64,000 nt of DNA from Alphaproteobacteria bacterium (GCA_963422645.2 CAXXVO010000015.1:128001-192000); one strand, 5' to 3'. Positions 19,341 to 30,491 are shown, counted from the stretch's first letter. Numbers and translations: made by a program. The notes: generated by a model from the sequence alone, not told the origin.

Positions 19341-21228
19341 GTAACTGCCCAGGTTCTTGCTGTGAAAATTCTCTGGGATTCGGCACAACGCTACCCACGC
19401 GACGCCCGTGTGCTCCTCTGTGGTCGCCGGGTTTCACAGCTCACGATGCCCCTCTTGCGGACTGCGACCGGTAAGCTACCCCGATGTGGCCCGAAGTCCG
19501 CCCGCGCGACGGGCACCGATTTTCATTCTATGGGGTGGTCCAGCACGGCGTCGACCATGATCGTTTATGAGAATGGCTCCGCTGTTGGAGAACCCGTGCC
19601 AGGTGAGCTTACGCGCACTTGACGGTGGCGATGAGCCGATCCGATGGGCTGGTCAGGGCTTCGATGATATTCCAGCCCTGCTTTCTGGCGGTGGTGATGA
19701 CGCTGCGCAGGATGGCGAAGTTCTCGGCCCCCTGCGCGGACCGGAAGCCCCCGGAGATCTTCTGGCGCAGCTTCATCATCCGAAGGTCGCGCTCGGCCTC
19801 GTTGTTCGTGAACCCGACCTCGAGGTCGATCAGGAACCGGAGCACCGCGCATTTGTGGTCGCGCAGCCTCAAGGCCGGATTGTGACCGATCCTTCGCTTC
19901 CGGCGCTTCTTCCTCTTGCCAGGCGAGAACGGTGGTTGGCTCTCGTGAAAGGCCAGCGCATCGGCGATGATCTCGTCGTATCGGCGCTCGATCAGCGCCA
20001 CAAGCCTCGCCGGAACGGCGATATCCTTGTCCAGCGCGATGCGGGCGGCGCGATTGGCTCGGCGCAGGAGCTGCTGCATCCGCCGGGCCCAAGCCTCCCC
20101 TTCGATGTCCACCAGCGCCTGCAACTCCCGCAGGTGATGGGCGTTGCACAGGCCGTGCTCCACCCCTTCCATCGCGAAGTACGGCTTCCAGTGATCGTGC
20201 ACGACGATGCCGGAGACACCCGAGAGCAGGGCGCCGCGCTTGCCGCTGACCCGGTACGCCGCCAGCAGCGGCGTGCAGATCACATGAAGCCACTGCGTCT
20301 GACCGCCGATCCGCAAGCCGGTCTCGTCCATGTGTTTCACCCGCGCCGTGCCCGCCGCCAGGTCCTGTATGTGCAAGGCCGCGTCCCGCAGCCGCTCGGC
20401 CGCCCTCTCGCTCATCGTCGCCAACGTCGCAGCCGTCACCGGCGCGCCGAAGAGCTCGGCCATCACCTGCGACAGCCGATCCTCCGGCAGGAAGTGAGCG
20501 TGCTGAAGGTAGACCGCCACCCCGGCAATGCGCGGGCCGTACTGCACCGGCGCCGACACCCCGTCGGGGAACGCCGCCCGGGTCACCGTCCCGCAATGCC
20601 CGCAGCACTTGGCATGCGCCCGGTGCTCGGTCACCTCCAGGGGGCTCGGCTCGGGCAGATCGAACACCTGGCGGGCGACGGGCGTTCCCGCCCTGGCCGC
20701 GTCCGAAAGCGGCGAACCGCATCCCTTGCAGGAAGCCGGGACGTGATCCTTCACCCGATCCGGGTGATCGGCGCGGCGCAGCGTCTTGCCCTTGTGGCCG
20801 GGCTGGCCACCGGGCTTGCGGCCCGATTTGCCGCGCAGGCTTCGGGTTCGCCGCTTCGAATTCGGCTTCCTCAGCCCATCGCTCGAAGGCGGCTTGCCGC
20901 TGTTGCCGCTGTTGAGGCCGAGACGGCGCTCCAACTCCTCGATGCGCTCGACGAGACGCGCGACTTGCTCTTCCAGCCGCGCGTTCTGCTGCCGAAGCCA
21001 GGCATTTTCCTCCCGAAGCCGGGCGTTCTCCTCCTCCAGGCGGGCGATCTTCTGCGCGGGCGTTTCGGGCGCTGCTCCCGTCGAAGGGCCGCGCGGCGAC
21101 TCGGGATTGCTCATGTCGTTGTTGAGTCATTTCCCGAAATTCCCGTCAAGCCCTTTCCACCAACTCCGAACGAGAAACGCCTCAATCCACTGGCCCAAAA
21201 TGACAAATCAGACGACCTGGGCAGTTAC
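19341..21228 (-). mobile_element. Complete IS66-family element (1888 bp)
   Basis: IRs GTAACTGCCCAGGT; 8-bp TSD CTTTACGA at 19333-19340 and 21229-21236. Confidence 0.95.
19609..21114 (-). CDS. IS66-family transposase
   Basis: Coiled coil, NSGKPPSSD, Zn ribbon, HMDETG, FTNNEAERD. Confidence 0.93.
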   Translation of the reverse strand: MSNPESPRGPSTGAAPETPAQKIARLEEENARLREENAWLRQQNARLEEQVARLVERIEELERRLGLNSGNSGKPPSSDGLRKPNSKRRTRSLRGKSGRKPGGQPGHKGKTLRRADHPDRVKDHVPASCKGCGSPLSDAARAGTPVARQVFDLPEPSPLEVTEHRAHAKCCGHCGTVTRAAFPDGVSAPVQYGPRIAGVAVYLQHAHFLPEDRLSQVMAELFGAPVTAATLATMSERAAERLRDAALHIQDLAAGTARVKHMDETGLRIGGQTQWLHVICTPLLAAYRVSGKRGALLSGVSGIVVHDHWKPYFAMEGVEHGLCNAHHLRELQALVDIEGEAWARRMQQLLRRANRAARIALDKDIAVPARLVALIERRYDEIIADALAFHESQPPFSPGKRKKRRKRRIGHNPALRLRDHKCAVLRFLIDLEVGFTNNEAERDLRMMKLRQKISGGFRSAQGAENFAILRSVITTARKQGWNIIEALTSPSDRLIATVKCA

Positions 21229-22166
21229 CTTTACGAGCGGGCGGGCATCGCCCTTGTCGTTGGTGATCCAGTCGAAGAACTCCTGGCCGTAGCCTTGGGT
21301 GAAGTCGGTGCCGAAGGCGACCGAGTCCTCGCCGGCGACCGAGATCACGTGCTCCATCGCCCCCACGTAGTCGTCCACCGTCGAGTGCTCGCCGCCGCTG
21401 AGGAACGCCGGGAACATGGTGACCCCGATCATGCCGCCCTGCTCGGCGATGAGTCGAAGCTCCCCGTCGCCCTTGTTGCGCTGGTGCGGCTTGAGGGCCG
21501 AGGGCAGGCAGTGGGTGTAGGCGACCGGCTTCGAGGATTCGCGAATCGTCTCCTCGGACGTGCGGGAGCCCACGTGGCTCAAGTCGATCAGCATCCCCAC
21601 CCGGTTCATCTCGGCCACCAGCTCGCGGCCCCAGTCGCTGAGCCCAGAGTCGCGGCTCTCGTAGCAGCCGGAGCCCGCGAGGTTCTGCGTGTTGTAGGTG
21701 AGCTGGGCGATGCCGACGCCCACATCCTTGAAAAGCTGGACCGCGCCCAGCTTGTCCTCGAAGGCCGACGTGTTCTGGAAGCCGAGGATGATCGCCGTGC
21801 GGCCTTCCTCCTTGGCCCGGCGGATGTCGGCGGCGGTGCGCGCCTTGACGATCAGGTCGTCGTGGTCGCGGAACCAGCCGTTCCAGCGGGCGACGTTGGC
21901 CATGGTCTCGGCGAAGCCTTCCCACACGCAGCAGGTGCAGTTGGCAGCGGTGAGCCCGCCCTTGCGCATGTCGCGGAAGACCTCCTCCGACCAGTTGGAG
22001 ACGATCAGCCCGTCGATGACGATCAGATCCTCGTGCAGCGTACTCACGTCACGTCCCTCCCCCGGTGCGCCGCGCCTGGCGGGCGCTTCCGCCCGATAGC
22101 CCGTTGTCTCCCCCGACTGAGGGGCTAAGATACGGTCACCCTCTGCGCGCGCGAAGGAGAGATATT

Positions 22167-22628
22167 ATGCCCTTGCTCGACCTGCACCACGTGGCCATCA
22201 AGTCCAAGAACCTCGAAGAGACGGTAGCGTTCTATTGTGACGTGCTCGGCATGGAGCAGGTCGAACGCCCGGAGTTCTCGTTCCCCGGCGCCTGGCTCCA
22301 GATGGGCGAAACCATGTTCCACATCTATGGCGGCGACCCCGCCAAGACCCACAGCGGGAACTACAAGTACAACCAGCGAGTCTCGCCGATAGACCATATC
22401 GCGCTCCGGGCGTCGGGCTTCGACGAGATGAAGAAGAAGCTGATGAAGCACAAGTGCGATTGGCGCCAGATGAACATCCCGGACTTCAAGCTCTGGCAGC
22501 TCTTCGTGCTCGACCCGAGCGGCGTGGTCATCGAGCTCAACTTCGAAGTGGAGAAGGAGCCGAAGGGCAGCAAGGGCCCGTCCGGGCAGAAGAAGTACGA
22601 ATTCGGCCGCTTCGCCGCCGCCGCCTGA
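22167..22628 (+). CDS. VOC/glyoxalase-family protein
   Basis: LHHVAI, FYCDVLG, DHIAL, DPSGVVIEL; AAGGAG upstream. Confidence 0.85.
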   Translation: MPLLDLHHVAIKSKNLEETVAFYCDVLGMEQVERPEFSFPGAWLQMGETMFHIYGGDPAKTHSGNYKYNQRVSPIDHIALRASGFDEMKKKLMKHKCDWRQMNIPDFKLWQLFVLDPSGVVIELNFEVEKEPKGSKGPSGQKKYEFGRFAAAA

Positions 22629-23053
22629 GGCACCGCACGCCACGCCGGCCGCCCGACAGGAGCCGGCACAAGCCTGTTCAGGATCGCGGAACCCGCGGCA
22701 CGCCACGGGGCAGGGTGTCGTGCCGCGGCAGATCGTCCCCCATCTCCAGCCACGGCATGCGTTCGCGCACGAAGACGTGCCGCTCCGGCGCGAGCGTCTC
22801 TGGCTTGTCGAGCGTACCGGCCATGATGTGGACCTCGCCGGGGTAGACCGCCGCCACGTAGGTGAGCGGCGTGCCGCAGGCGCCGCAGAAGGTGCGCTCC
22901 ACCCGGGGCGAGCTCTCGTACGAGCCGGGCGTGCCGGCGACGAAGGCAAACCCGGTGTCACTCACACCGACGAAGGTCGAGACCGGCGCGCCGGACGAGC
23001 GCCGGCACTCCTCGCAGTGGCAATGGGAGACCCAGAGCGGCCCGCCCTCGGCC

Positions 23054-25526
23054 CAATGGCATTCACTTAGCGGTTTTCGACTGTTCACTTAAGGAGTCGT
23101 GTTCTTGCGCTGTCGGTTGCGTGCGTTTCTGTCGTTCAGGTGTTCAGGCGACGGCCCGCTTTGCGCGTGCCCACTTGCCGCGGGGTTTGCGCGACCTGCG
23201 TTCGCAGGACCGGCCGGGGCGCGGGCGCTGACGCGCCTGGTTGATGCAGGAGAGGACATGGCTGAGGGTTTCGGCGACCATCGCCGTATGGCGCAGCAGC
23301 AGCGCTTCGAGGTTGCGCGCGACGGTGGCGAGGCCGTTGCTGAAGTTGGCTTTCATCGCCGGCTTGCCGTCGGCAGGGCGCTCGGCGTCGAGGCTTGCGT
23401 TGCTGCGGTTGGTGAAGAGCCGGGTCATGGCGATGAGGTTGAAGTGGGCGAAGAGCTCCTGGCGGACGCCGCGCTCGGTCTGGCTGTGGAAGGCCTCGAC
23501 GGCCATGGCCTGTTTCGAGGTCTTGTAGAGTTCCTCGATTCCCCAGCGCGCGTGATAGAGCTCGGCCAGTTCCGCGACGCTCCAGGCCTTGGGGTCGAGG
23601 AGGGTGGTGGCGAGGATGAAGACCGTGCTGCCGATGCGGTAGCGGACCAGTCGCAGGCGCAGCGGGGTGGCGTCGACGTGCGGCGTCTTGCGGCGCAGCT
23701 TTCTCAGGGTGTCCTTTCCGGGAGCGACGGTGATCGGCGCGTCCGTGCGGCCGTCGGCGATGAAGGCGTCGAGGGCGGCGCCTGCCTTCTTCTTGATCCG
23801 GAACACGGGGTGCAGGCCGCGGGCGACATGGGCGTGCAGCATCTCCCAAGAGTAGTAGCCGCGGTCATAGACCACGATGTCGTTGGCCGAGAGCGCCTTG
23901 AGGTGGGCGAGGGCGGCCCTTCTTTCGTCGCCGTGCGCGACCAGGTCGAAGTCCACCGGGATGTTCGCGTGCAGCCGGTAGAGGCAACTCAGCAGGCCCT
24001 GCGGGTAGTGGGCCGCCTCGGAGGGCGTGCGGTAGCCGGCCTTGAGCAGCGGCCGCGGCAGGTTGAGCTTGGAGCCGTCGACCGCGAACACGCGGTGGCC
24101 CTTCCAGGCCGGGCCGTCGGCGCGCTTGAGGATCTCGGCGTGCAGCGTCTTGAACACCGCCTCGTCGACCTTGGCCCGCGCCATGCACATCGCCGAGGCC
24201 GAGACCGGCGCCGGCTGCGGCAGTGCGACGCCCAGGACCCGGCACTGCTCCCACAGCCCGGCCAGCGTCGTGGCGTAGCCCGCGCGGCCGTTCGAGAACG
24301 CCAGCCGGAAGATGAAGAGCATGACGAGAAGGGTGTCGAGGACCCGCCGGCGGCTCTGCCACACCCGGTCGTGATCGGCGGCCACCGCCGCCAGTGCGCC
24401 GATCAGGTCCTGCCACAGCGCCACGAAGGGATCGTCCGGCGCCAGCGCTGCCGGCCGTGTCCTGTTCCCGCGCCGCGCCGGCCGCGGGCCTTCGAGCAGG
24501 ATCGAGCGGAAGTCCGGCGTCAGCGGGTAGACGTAGACGCTTTTGCGGGTCTTGCCCTTGCCGCCCCCGGTCTCGCCGAGACAGCGCCAGTTGGCCGCGC
24601 GGTAGCAGGCGCCGTCGAAGAGGCTGGGGTCCACGAAGGTCTCCACCAGAACCGGGCGCGCTCCGAAGCGCGCCTCCCAGTCGCCGGGCAGCTGGCGCAG
24701 CGCCATCGACAGCGCTTTCGACGCCAGGTTGTCGACCCGGACCCAGGGAAAGATCAGGAAACGCGTGTGACCCACGACCAGATCGAGGTGCTTGCGGAAG
24801 CCTTCCGCCGGCCACCCGATCCACTCGTCGCGGCAGGGCAGCGTGCGCGACGCCCGGGCAAACAGAAGGCAGCCCAGAGGCCGCCCGTGGCGGTCCAGGA
24901 GAAAATAGCGCAGATGCGCGCCGACCAGACGATGCAGCCCGAGATAGTGGTGGCGCGCGACGAACTCGTTCCACAGCCCGCCCTCCTCCTTGCCCGCCGC
25001 AATCGACAGGCGCAGCGGCATCAGCGCGGCCAGGTCCTCCGCGATCGCCGCGGCCGGCGCCGTCCGCTCGCTCCGGGCCATCGCCTCCTGCGGCCCCCGC
25101 ACCTGCGCCTCGTCCCGCGCCGGCAGGGTCAGGATGCCCAGCCGCTCCAACTCCTCCAGCATCCGCAGGCAGACCGCGACACGGTTCCGCCCGCTCGGCG
25201 CGCGCCAGTTCAAATGCTCGCAGATCGTGTGCCCGAGCTCGTTGCGGCTGATCGCCGGAAACAGCGCCACCGTCTCCTGGATGTCGGCAATCTGCCGGCG
25301 GGTCAGACGTCTGCCGAAAAAGGTCGTCGACTTCAGCGCGGTGATGCGGGGGTCCATGGGCCGGCTCCACTGACAGGGGGACAGCCACAGTGTGCCAAAG
25401 CACACGCCGCCGGTCAATCCCCCTCGTGCGGGAAACGCCGAGACCGACAATCCACACAAGAAATCAACTCGTTACGACACCACCAAAAAACCCCGGAACA
25501 ATCTTCGCGCCAAATGAATGCCATTG
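23054..25526 (-). mobile_element. IS4-family element (2473 bp)
   Basis: IRs CAATGGCATTCA; 10-bp TSD GCCCTCGGCC at 23044-23053 and 25527-25536. Confidence 0.92.
23144..25357 (-). CDS. DUF4338 (DruA-like)-IS4 DDE transposase fusion
   Basis: N-half HHYLG, RDEWIGW, RFLIFPWV, ETFVDP, CYRAANW; C-half AVDGS, VYDRGY, YHARWGIEE. Confidence 0.85.
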   Translation of the reverse strand: MDPRITALKSTTFFGRRLTRRQIADIQETVALFPAISRNELGHTICEHLNWRAPSGRNRVAVCLRMLEELERLGILTLPARDEAQVRGPQEAMARSERTAPAAAIAEDLAALMPLRLSIAAGKEEGGLWNEFVARHHYLGLHRLVGAHLRYFLLDRHGRPLGCLLFARASRTLPCRDEWIGWPAEGFRKHLDLVVGHTRFLIFPWVRVDNLASKALSMALRQLPGDWEARFGARPVLVETFVDPSLFDGACYRAANWRCLGETGGGKGKTRKSVYVYPLTPDFRSILLEGPRPARRGNRTRPAALAPDDPFVALWQDLIGALAAVAADHDRVWQSRRRVLDTLLVMLFIFRLAFSNGRAGYATTLAGLWEQCRVLGVALPQPAPVSASAMCMARAKVDEAVFKTLHAEILKRADGPAWKGHRVFAVDGSKLNLPRPLLKAGYRTPSEAAHYPQGLLSCLYRLHANIPVDFDLVAHGDERRAALAHLKALSANDIVVYDRGYYSWEMLHAHVARGLHPVFRIKKKAGAALDAFIADGRTDAPITVAPGKDTLRKLRRKTPHVDATPLRLRLVRYRIGSTVFILATTLLDPKAWSVAELAELYHARWGIEELYKTSKQAMAVEAFHSQTERGVRQELFAHFNLIAMTRLFTNRSNASLDAERPADGKPAMKANFSNGLATVARNLEALLLRHTAMVAETLSHVLSCINQARQRPRPGRSCERRSRKPRGKWARAKRAVA

Positions 25527-25588
25527 GCCCTCGGCCCGGTAGCGCACCGCGCTGCAGCGGCAGCCGCCCTCGATGGCGGGGGCCTCGC

Positions 25589-26362
25589 TCATTCCCTGAG
25601 CGTGCACCAGATCGGCGTGTGGTCCGAGGCCTTCACGCCGCCGCGAGGCCCTGAGTCGATCTCGCAGGCCTCCAGCCGGTCCGCCGCCTCCGGCGAGAGC
25701 AGCAGATGATCGATCCGCAGCCCCTCGCCCCGCTGCCAGCGGCCGGCCTGGTAGTCCCAGAACGTGTAGGACCGCCGGTTGGGGTGCAGCGTGCGGAACG
25801 CCTCCACATAGCCGCTATGGAGCAGCGTGCGGAAGCGCGACCGCGATTCATTGCGGCAGAGCGCGTCGTCGCGCCAGGCTTTCGGATCGTAGCAGTCGAG
25901 GTCGGCCGGGATGACGTTGTAGTCGCCGCCGAGCACGACCGGCTCCTCGTGCCTTAGCAGCACGTCAGCGCGCGCGGCGAGCCGGTCCATCCATGCGATC
26001 TTGTAGGGAAACTTCTCGGTCGCCACCGGGTTGCCGTTGGGCAGATAGATCGAGGCGATCCGGACGCCGCCGGTGGTGGCCTCGACGTAGCGCGCCTGCT
26101 CGTCTTCCTCATCGCCGGGGAGGCCGATGAAGACATCCTCCAGCGGCCGTTTGCTCAGGATGGCGACGCCGTTGTAGGTCTTCTGCCCGTGGACGAGGAG
26201 GTTGTAGCCGCAGTCCTCGATCTCGAGTCGCGGGAAGGCCTCGTCGAGCGACTTGGTTTCCTGCAGCAGCACGACATCGGGCGCGGCGCTGCCGAGCCAC
26301 TCCAGCACGGCGGGCAGGCGGACCTTGATCGAGTTGACGTTCCAGGTCGCGATCTTGAGCAC
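25589..26362 (-). CDS. xth: Exodeoxyribonuclease III
   Basis: ATWNVNSI, LQETK, GDYN, RIDH, SDHTP. Confidence 0.95.
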   Translation of the reverse strand: MLKIATWNVNSIKVRLPAVLEWLGSAAPDVVLLQETKSLDEAFPRLEIEDCGYNLLVHGQKTYNGVAILSKRPLEDVFIGLPGDEEDEQARYVEATTGGVRIASIYLPNGNPVATEKFPYKIAWMDRLAARADVLLRHEEPVVLGGDYNVIPADLDCYDPKAWRDDALCRNESRSRFRTLLHSGYVEAFRTLHPNRRSYTFWDYQAGRWQRGEGLRIDHLLLSPEAADRLEACEIDSGPRGGVKASDHTPIWCTLRE

Positions 26363-26366
26363 GGGC

Positions 26367-26741
26367 TCAGACGAGGGAGAAGGACGTGCCGCAGCCGCAG
26401 CCGGAAACCGCGTTCGGGTTCTTCACCTGGAAGGAGGCGCCGATCAGGTCCTCCACGTAGTCGATCTCCGAGCCCGTCATGTAGCCGGCCGAGACCCGGT
26501 CCACCAGCGCAACAATGCCGTCCCGCTCGATGGCGATGTCGTCCGGCCGCTGCTCGGTCTCGAAGGCGAAGCCGTACTGGAAGCCGGAGCAGCCGCCGCC
26601 CGAGACGCTGACCCGCAGCATCGTGCCCGAATCGTCCTCATCGGCGATCAGCGCTGCGATCCGCCGGGCCGCGCTGGCCGAGAGCGTGATGTCCTCGTTG
26701 CCGCCTGCGAGCGGTTGAACTGCGTCGAATGCGCGTGCCAT
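26367..26741 (-). CDS. erpA: Fe-S cluster insertion protein, ErpA/IscA family
   Basis: GGGCSGFQY, NPNA.SGCGCGTSF; adjacent to xth. Confidence 0.88.
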   Translation of the reverse strand: MARAFDAVQPLAGGNEDITLSASAARRIAALIADEDDSGTMLRVSVSGGGCSGFQYGFAFETEQRPDDIAIERDGIVALVDRVSAGYMTGSEIDYVEDLIGASFQVKNPNAVSGCGCGTSFSLV

Positions 26742-26910
26742 GGCGTCTGTTGACCTCACCTGCAATCCTAAGGATTAGATAGCGCCGCCCGAGCGCTTGT
26801 CAATCGACGGGACGGAAATGACGCGAAGGGGCGGCGCCCGCCTGCCGGCCCGCACGTTGAGATTCGCTGGCTATCTAGACATCCTATAGGATATCACTAA
26901 TATAGTTGCG

Positions 26911-26961
26911 GTGAGGCTGGTGTTGGACACAAACGTCGCTTATTCTTTTATACTGTCCTAA
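26911..26961 (+). pseudogene. Possible 5' stub of a PIN-domain toxin gene
   Basis: Reads MRLVLDTNV, then shifts abruptly to AT-rich sequence and a stop. Confidence 0.45.
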
Positions 26962-27564
26962 TTTACTGTATTTGCAAGATTTTTATTTTCCCCCATGATG
27001 CTCGTAAGCAATCCGGAAGCGAATTTGAGTGAAAGGCTGCGCGTTCCGACGCAGCGTTGTCGACGGAAACCGCCTACCGTGCAGGAGAATTCGTTCGGTC
27101 ATCAGTGACGCGGACGGCGGGCGAGCGGGGGTTTGAGGCACTGCCCTATCGCAGGCAGCGGATCTCGGGGCCTTCTCATAACCGTCACCGCGTCACCGCA
27201 TCGATACCGCTCAGGCAAACGGTTCTACAAGCTGCAAACGGGAAGTCGGAGTAAGTGTTCCGTCGGGCCGGCGTAGACCGACAGACCGGCACACTTATGC
27301 AGGCAGGCGCGGTTCAATCGAGCGGAATCCGGAGCGTCGACAGACCAGCGGTTGGTTCAGTCTGTCAATCGGCTTTCAATACTGACCCCCGATCGGCGTG
27401 CAAAATTGACCCCCCTGAGTGGCACGGCGGAGGTTGTCCCGGTAGCCAATAGGGGGGACCCGCGCGGCTTCGTGTGGCGCCCTGCGCTACGCGGAGCGAA
27501 GCCGCGTGGGGGGTCCCTGTTGGCCCACCGGGGCAACCGGGCCGCAAGGGAGGCCGGCGGCGGG

Positions 27565-28293
27565 TCAGGAGCGGTTCTTGAAGCGCCAGCTCTCGTTGCC
27601 GGTCTCGATGATCTCGCAATGATGGGTGAGGCGATCGAGCAGCGCTGTGGTCATCTTGGGGTCGCCGAAGACGGATGGCCATTCGCCGAAGGCGAGGTTT
27701 GTGGTGATGACGATCGAGGTGCGCTCGTAGAGCCGGCTCATCAGATGGAAGAGCAGCTGCCCACCGGCCTGGGCGAAGGGCAGGTAGCCGAGCTCGTCGA
27801 GGATGACGAAGTCGCGGCGGACGAGCTGGTCTGCAGTGCGGCCCTGGCGTCCGGCGCGAAGCTCGGCCTCGAGGAGGTTGACCAGGTCGACGACGTTGTA
27901 GCACCGGCCGCGCGCGCCCTTGCGGATGCAGGACCGCGCGATGGCGACGGCGAGATGGGTCTTGCCGGTACCGGTGCCGCCGACCAGCACGATGTTGCGT
28001 TTGCCCTCGAGGAAGCCGCCGCCGGCGAGCTCCTGGATCAGGGGCTCGTTGACCGGCGAGGCGGCGAAGTCGAAGTCGGCCAGCTCCTTGACCGTCGGCA
28101 GCTTGGCGGAGGCCATCTGGTACTTGATCGAGCGGGCCCTCTTGTCGGCGATCTCGACCTGCAGCAGCGTACCGATGATCTGTTGCACCGGATGGCGGCG
28201 CTTGAGCCCGTCGGCAAGGATGTCGTCGTAAGCGGCGCGCATACCTGCGAGCTTCAGCTGGGTCATCATCTCCAGCACATCATGACGCTCCAT
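27565..28293 (-). CDS. istB: IS21 helper ATPase
   Basis: [26 protein letters not shown]. Confidence 0.95.
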   Translation of the reverse strand: MERHDVLEMMTQLKLAGMRAAYDDILADGLKRRHPVQQIIGTLLQVEIADKRARSIKYQMASAKLPTVKELADFDFAASPVNEPLIQELAGGGFLEGKRNIVLVGGTGTGKTHLAVAIARSCIRKGARGRCYNVVDLVNLLEAELRAGRQGRTADQLVRRDFVILDELGYLPFAQAGGQLLFHLMSRLYERTSIVITTNLAFGEWPSVFGDPKMTTALLDRLTHHCEIIETGNESWRFKNRS

Positions 28294-29806
28294 GACCGGC
28301 CTCCCTCAGGCTGTCGTAGCGCTGACAGTCGGCTACCGGCTTGTGGCGAAGCTGCAGGCCCTCGGGCGTCGGGATGATTGCCGGCGGTGCCGGCTGGCGC
28401 TGCCGGGCGAGGATGTTGAGCACCACGTCGGCGCTGCAGGCACCGCAGTCGAGCGTCTCGGCACAGGCCGCCTCAACCGCCTCCAGTCCGTCCTCCAGCA
28501 CCGCCGCGAGCACCTTGACGAACTGCCGGTCGCCGTCGTCGTGGCCCGCGAGCCGGGTTCGCAGGCGGCCGAGCGCGTTGGGCAACTGCCAGTCCTTGAA
28601 GGGCGCGCCATTGCGTAGCGCGCCGGGCTTCCGCGTCAGGATCGGCACGTAATGCCACGGATCGTAGACGAACCGGCCGCGCCCGAAGCTGCGGGGGTGC
28701 TCGGCAACGGTCTCGCCGTCCTGGCGGATGACGATCCGATCGGCATAGGCCCGCACGTCCACCGGCCGGCCGACGGCGCGGGCCGCGACGCTGTACTGGT
28801 TGTTGTCGAAGCGCACCAGACAGGTCTTCGAGACCGACACCTCGCTGGCATGGAAGCCGTCGAAGGGGCCGCGATACGCCATCAGGAAGGGCTGCTCCTC
28901 CTCGAACACCTGCCACACCGTCTTGCCCGGGATTGTCGGATGCGGATGCTTCTTGGCGTCCTCGATGCACCGATCCATCAGCCACTCGTTGATCTCGGCG
29001 TAGGAGCGGCCCCGCGGGATGGGCACGAACAGGCGGCCGCGAAGGTCACCCACCTGCTTCTCGACCTGCCCCTTCTCCCAGCCAGCCCCTGGCGTGCACG
29101 CCACAGGCTCCACCAGATGGTGCGAGCACAGCTCCTGGAAGCGGCGGTTGTAGTCCCGCTTCTTGCCCACGAAGATCGTGCTCACCGCCGTCTTCATGTT
29201 GTCGTAGATGCCCCGCCGGCAGACCCCGCCGAAGAAGCGGAAGGCACGCTCGTGCGCCTCGAAGACCATCTCCTGGCTCTCGCGGGGAAAGATCTGGACC
29301 AGATACATCCGGCTGTGGCACAGCCGCATGTGCGCCGCCTTCACCCTGGTCGTCGCGCCCGACAGACGCGCGTACTCGTGGCTCCAGTCGAACTGGTAGG
29401 CCTCGCCGGGATCGAAGATCAGCGGCACATAGGCCTGCGCCGGCGACAACAGCCGCCACCGGCGCCGCCAGGCCCTGGCATAGCGGCGAACCGCGTCATA
29501 GCCGCCCTTGTAGCCCAGCGACACAAGGTCTTCATGAATCCGCAGAAGAGACAGCCGATCCTTGCGTGCCTTCTTCTCGTTGGCCTTCAGCTGGCGCTCA
29601 AGCTCCTCCACCCACAGCCCAAGCTTCGGCATCGGCTGGATCTTGCGCTCGTAGCTGTGCGAGGTCGCATCGCCCCGCACCACCTTGCGTATCGTGTTCT
29701 TGGAAACCCTCAAATCCCGGGCGAGCTTCTTGATCGGAACGCCCTTCACCAGATGATCCCGACGGATCTTCGCGATCGTTTCCACAACCAGCATCTCCCC
29801 CACCAC
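28280..29806 (-). CDS. istA: IS21 transposase
   Basis: [24 protein letters not shown]. Confidence 0.95.
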   Translation of the reverse strand: MVGEMLVVETIAKIRRDHLVKGVPIKKLARDLRVSKNTIRKVVRGDATSHSYERKIQPMPKLGLWVEELERQLKANEKKARKDRLSLLRIHEDLVSLGYKGGYDAVRRYARAWRRRWRLLSPAQAYVPLIFDPGEAYQFDWSHEYARLSGATTRVKAAHMRLCHSRMYLVQIFPRESQEMVFEAHERAFRFFGGVCRRGIYDNMKTAVSTIFVGKKRDYNRRFQELCSHHLVEPVACTPGAGWEKGQVEKQVGDLRGRLFVPIPRGRSYAEINEWLMDRCIEDAKKHPHPTIPGKTVWQVFEEEQPFLMAYRGPFDGFHASEVSVSKTCLVRFDNNQYSVAARAVGRPVDVRAYADRIVIRQDGETVAEHPRSFGRGRFVYDPWHYVPILTRKPGALRNGAPFKDWQLPNALGRLRTRLAGHDDGDRQFVKVLAAVLEDGLEAVEAACAETLDCGACSADVVLNILARQRQPAPPAIIPTPEGLQLRHKPVADCQRYDSLREAGHGAS

Positions 29807-29913
29807 CCCGTCCGTCCAAACGACGAGGTGTGTTCATGGACACAAATCCAAGGGGGTCAATTTTGGACGCCGATCACCCCCAATAGGGGGTCACTTTTCC
29901 ACGCTTAACAACA

Positions 29914-30491
29914 CCGTGCCGGGCGATGAGCGTGCGCCGGGCATGCTCTGCCGTGAGGTGGGGGCCGTGGTGGAAGGCGAGCGCTTCCAGCGTCCCGCGC
30001 CAGGCCGCGTCGCCGTCGATCGGCGACGGCCGGCCCGTGCGTTCACCGTCCAGCAGCGCCACGACGCGCCCGCCCTCCGGCAGGCCCCGCACCCGGCGCC
30101 GCCAGGACGCCGCGGCCGAGGCCGAAACACCGGCCTCCGAAGCCGCAATGCCGTCCGCCTTCGCACGCGGCATCCCGGCGGCGTGCAGATCGTCCGAACG
30201 GCGCACCGCCGCCAGACGAGCTCGCGCACGATCCCGATCCTCATCCGCCGCCCGGTCCCACGCCGCGCCGTCCGCCAGGACCTCGCCCGTCCCGGGGTCG
30301 TGGAAGACGCGGGCAGCGGGGTCGTGCACCGCCCCCGCAGCGCCCGCACACGGGGCCTGCACGGGCGTTGCGGGGGCCATGCGCAAGAGCGGCTTCAGAG
30401 CCATTCCGGCGGCGCCCCGCGTTGGAAGCGATCGTCGAGCAGGGAGACCAGGCGCGCAATCGGCCTGCGACCGCAATAGCGACGCCGCCAC
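29914..30491 (-). pseudogene. Probable N-terminal DNA-binding part of a MuA-like transposase, cut by IS21
   Basis: A.ARL.AV...HTH...LL...GRP pattern; ORF runs into the IS end; position in the early operon; start uncertain. Confidence 0.55.

Larger units (their letters stand above)
19177..22047 (-). pseudogene. Membrane dipeptidase (M19)-family gene interrupted by IS66
   Basis: N-part 21229-22047 (IDGL, DLSHVG, FGTDF) and C-part 19177-19340 (GENWLRFL) rejoin across the TSD. Confidence 0.88.
22678..25592 (-). pseudogene. GFA/CENP-V-family gene interrupted by IS4
   Basis: MSEAPAIEGGCRCSAVRYRAEG (25527-25592) joins GPLWVSHCHCEECRR...FCGACG (22678-23043). Confidence 0.88.
27363..29913 (-). mobile_element. 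IS21-family element, copy 1 (2551 bp)
   Basis: TGT...ACA ends, repeated subterminal TGACCCCC boxes, istA-istB; no flanking TSD. Confidence 0.93.

Noticed and set aside
19567-22128. Long antisense ORFs (853 aa here; also 23099-25654, 10665-12329, 29926-31809, 37264-38877)
   Set aside because: Shadow frames of real genes in high-GC DNA; no motifs
23144-25357. Druantia defence system
   Set aside because: Only the DUF4338 domain is present, inside an IS; no other dru genes
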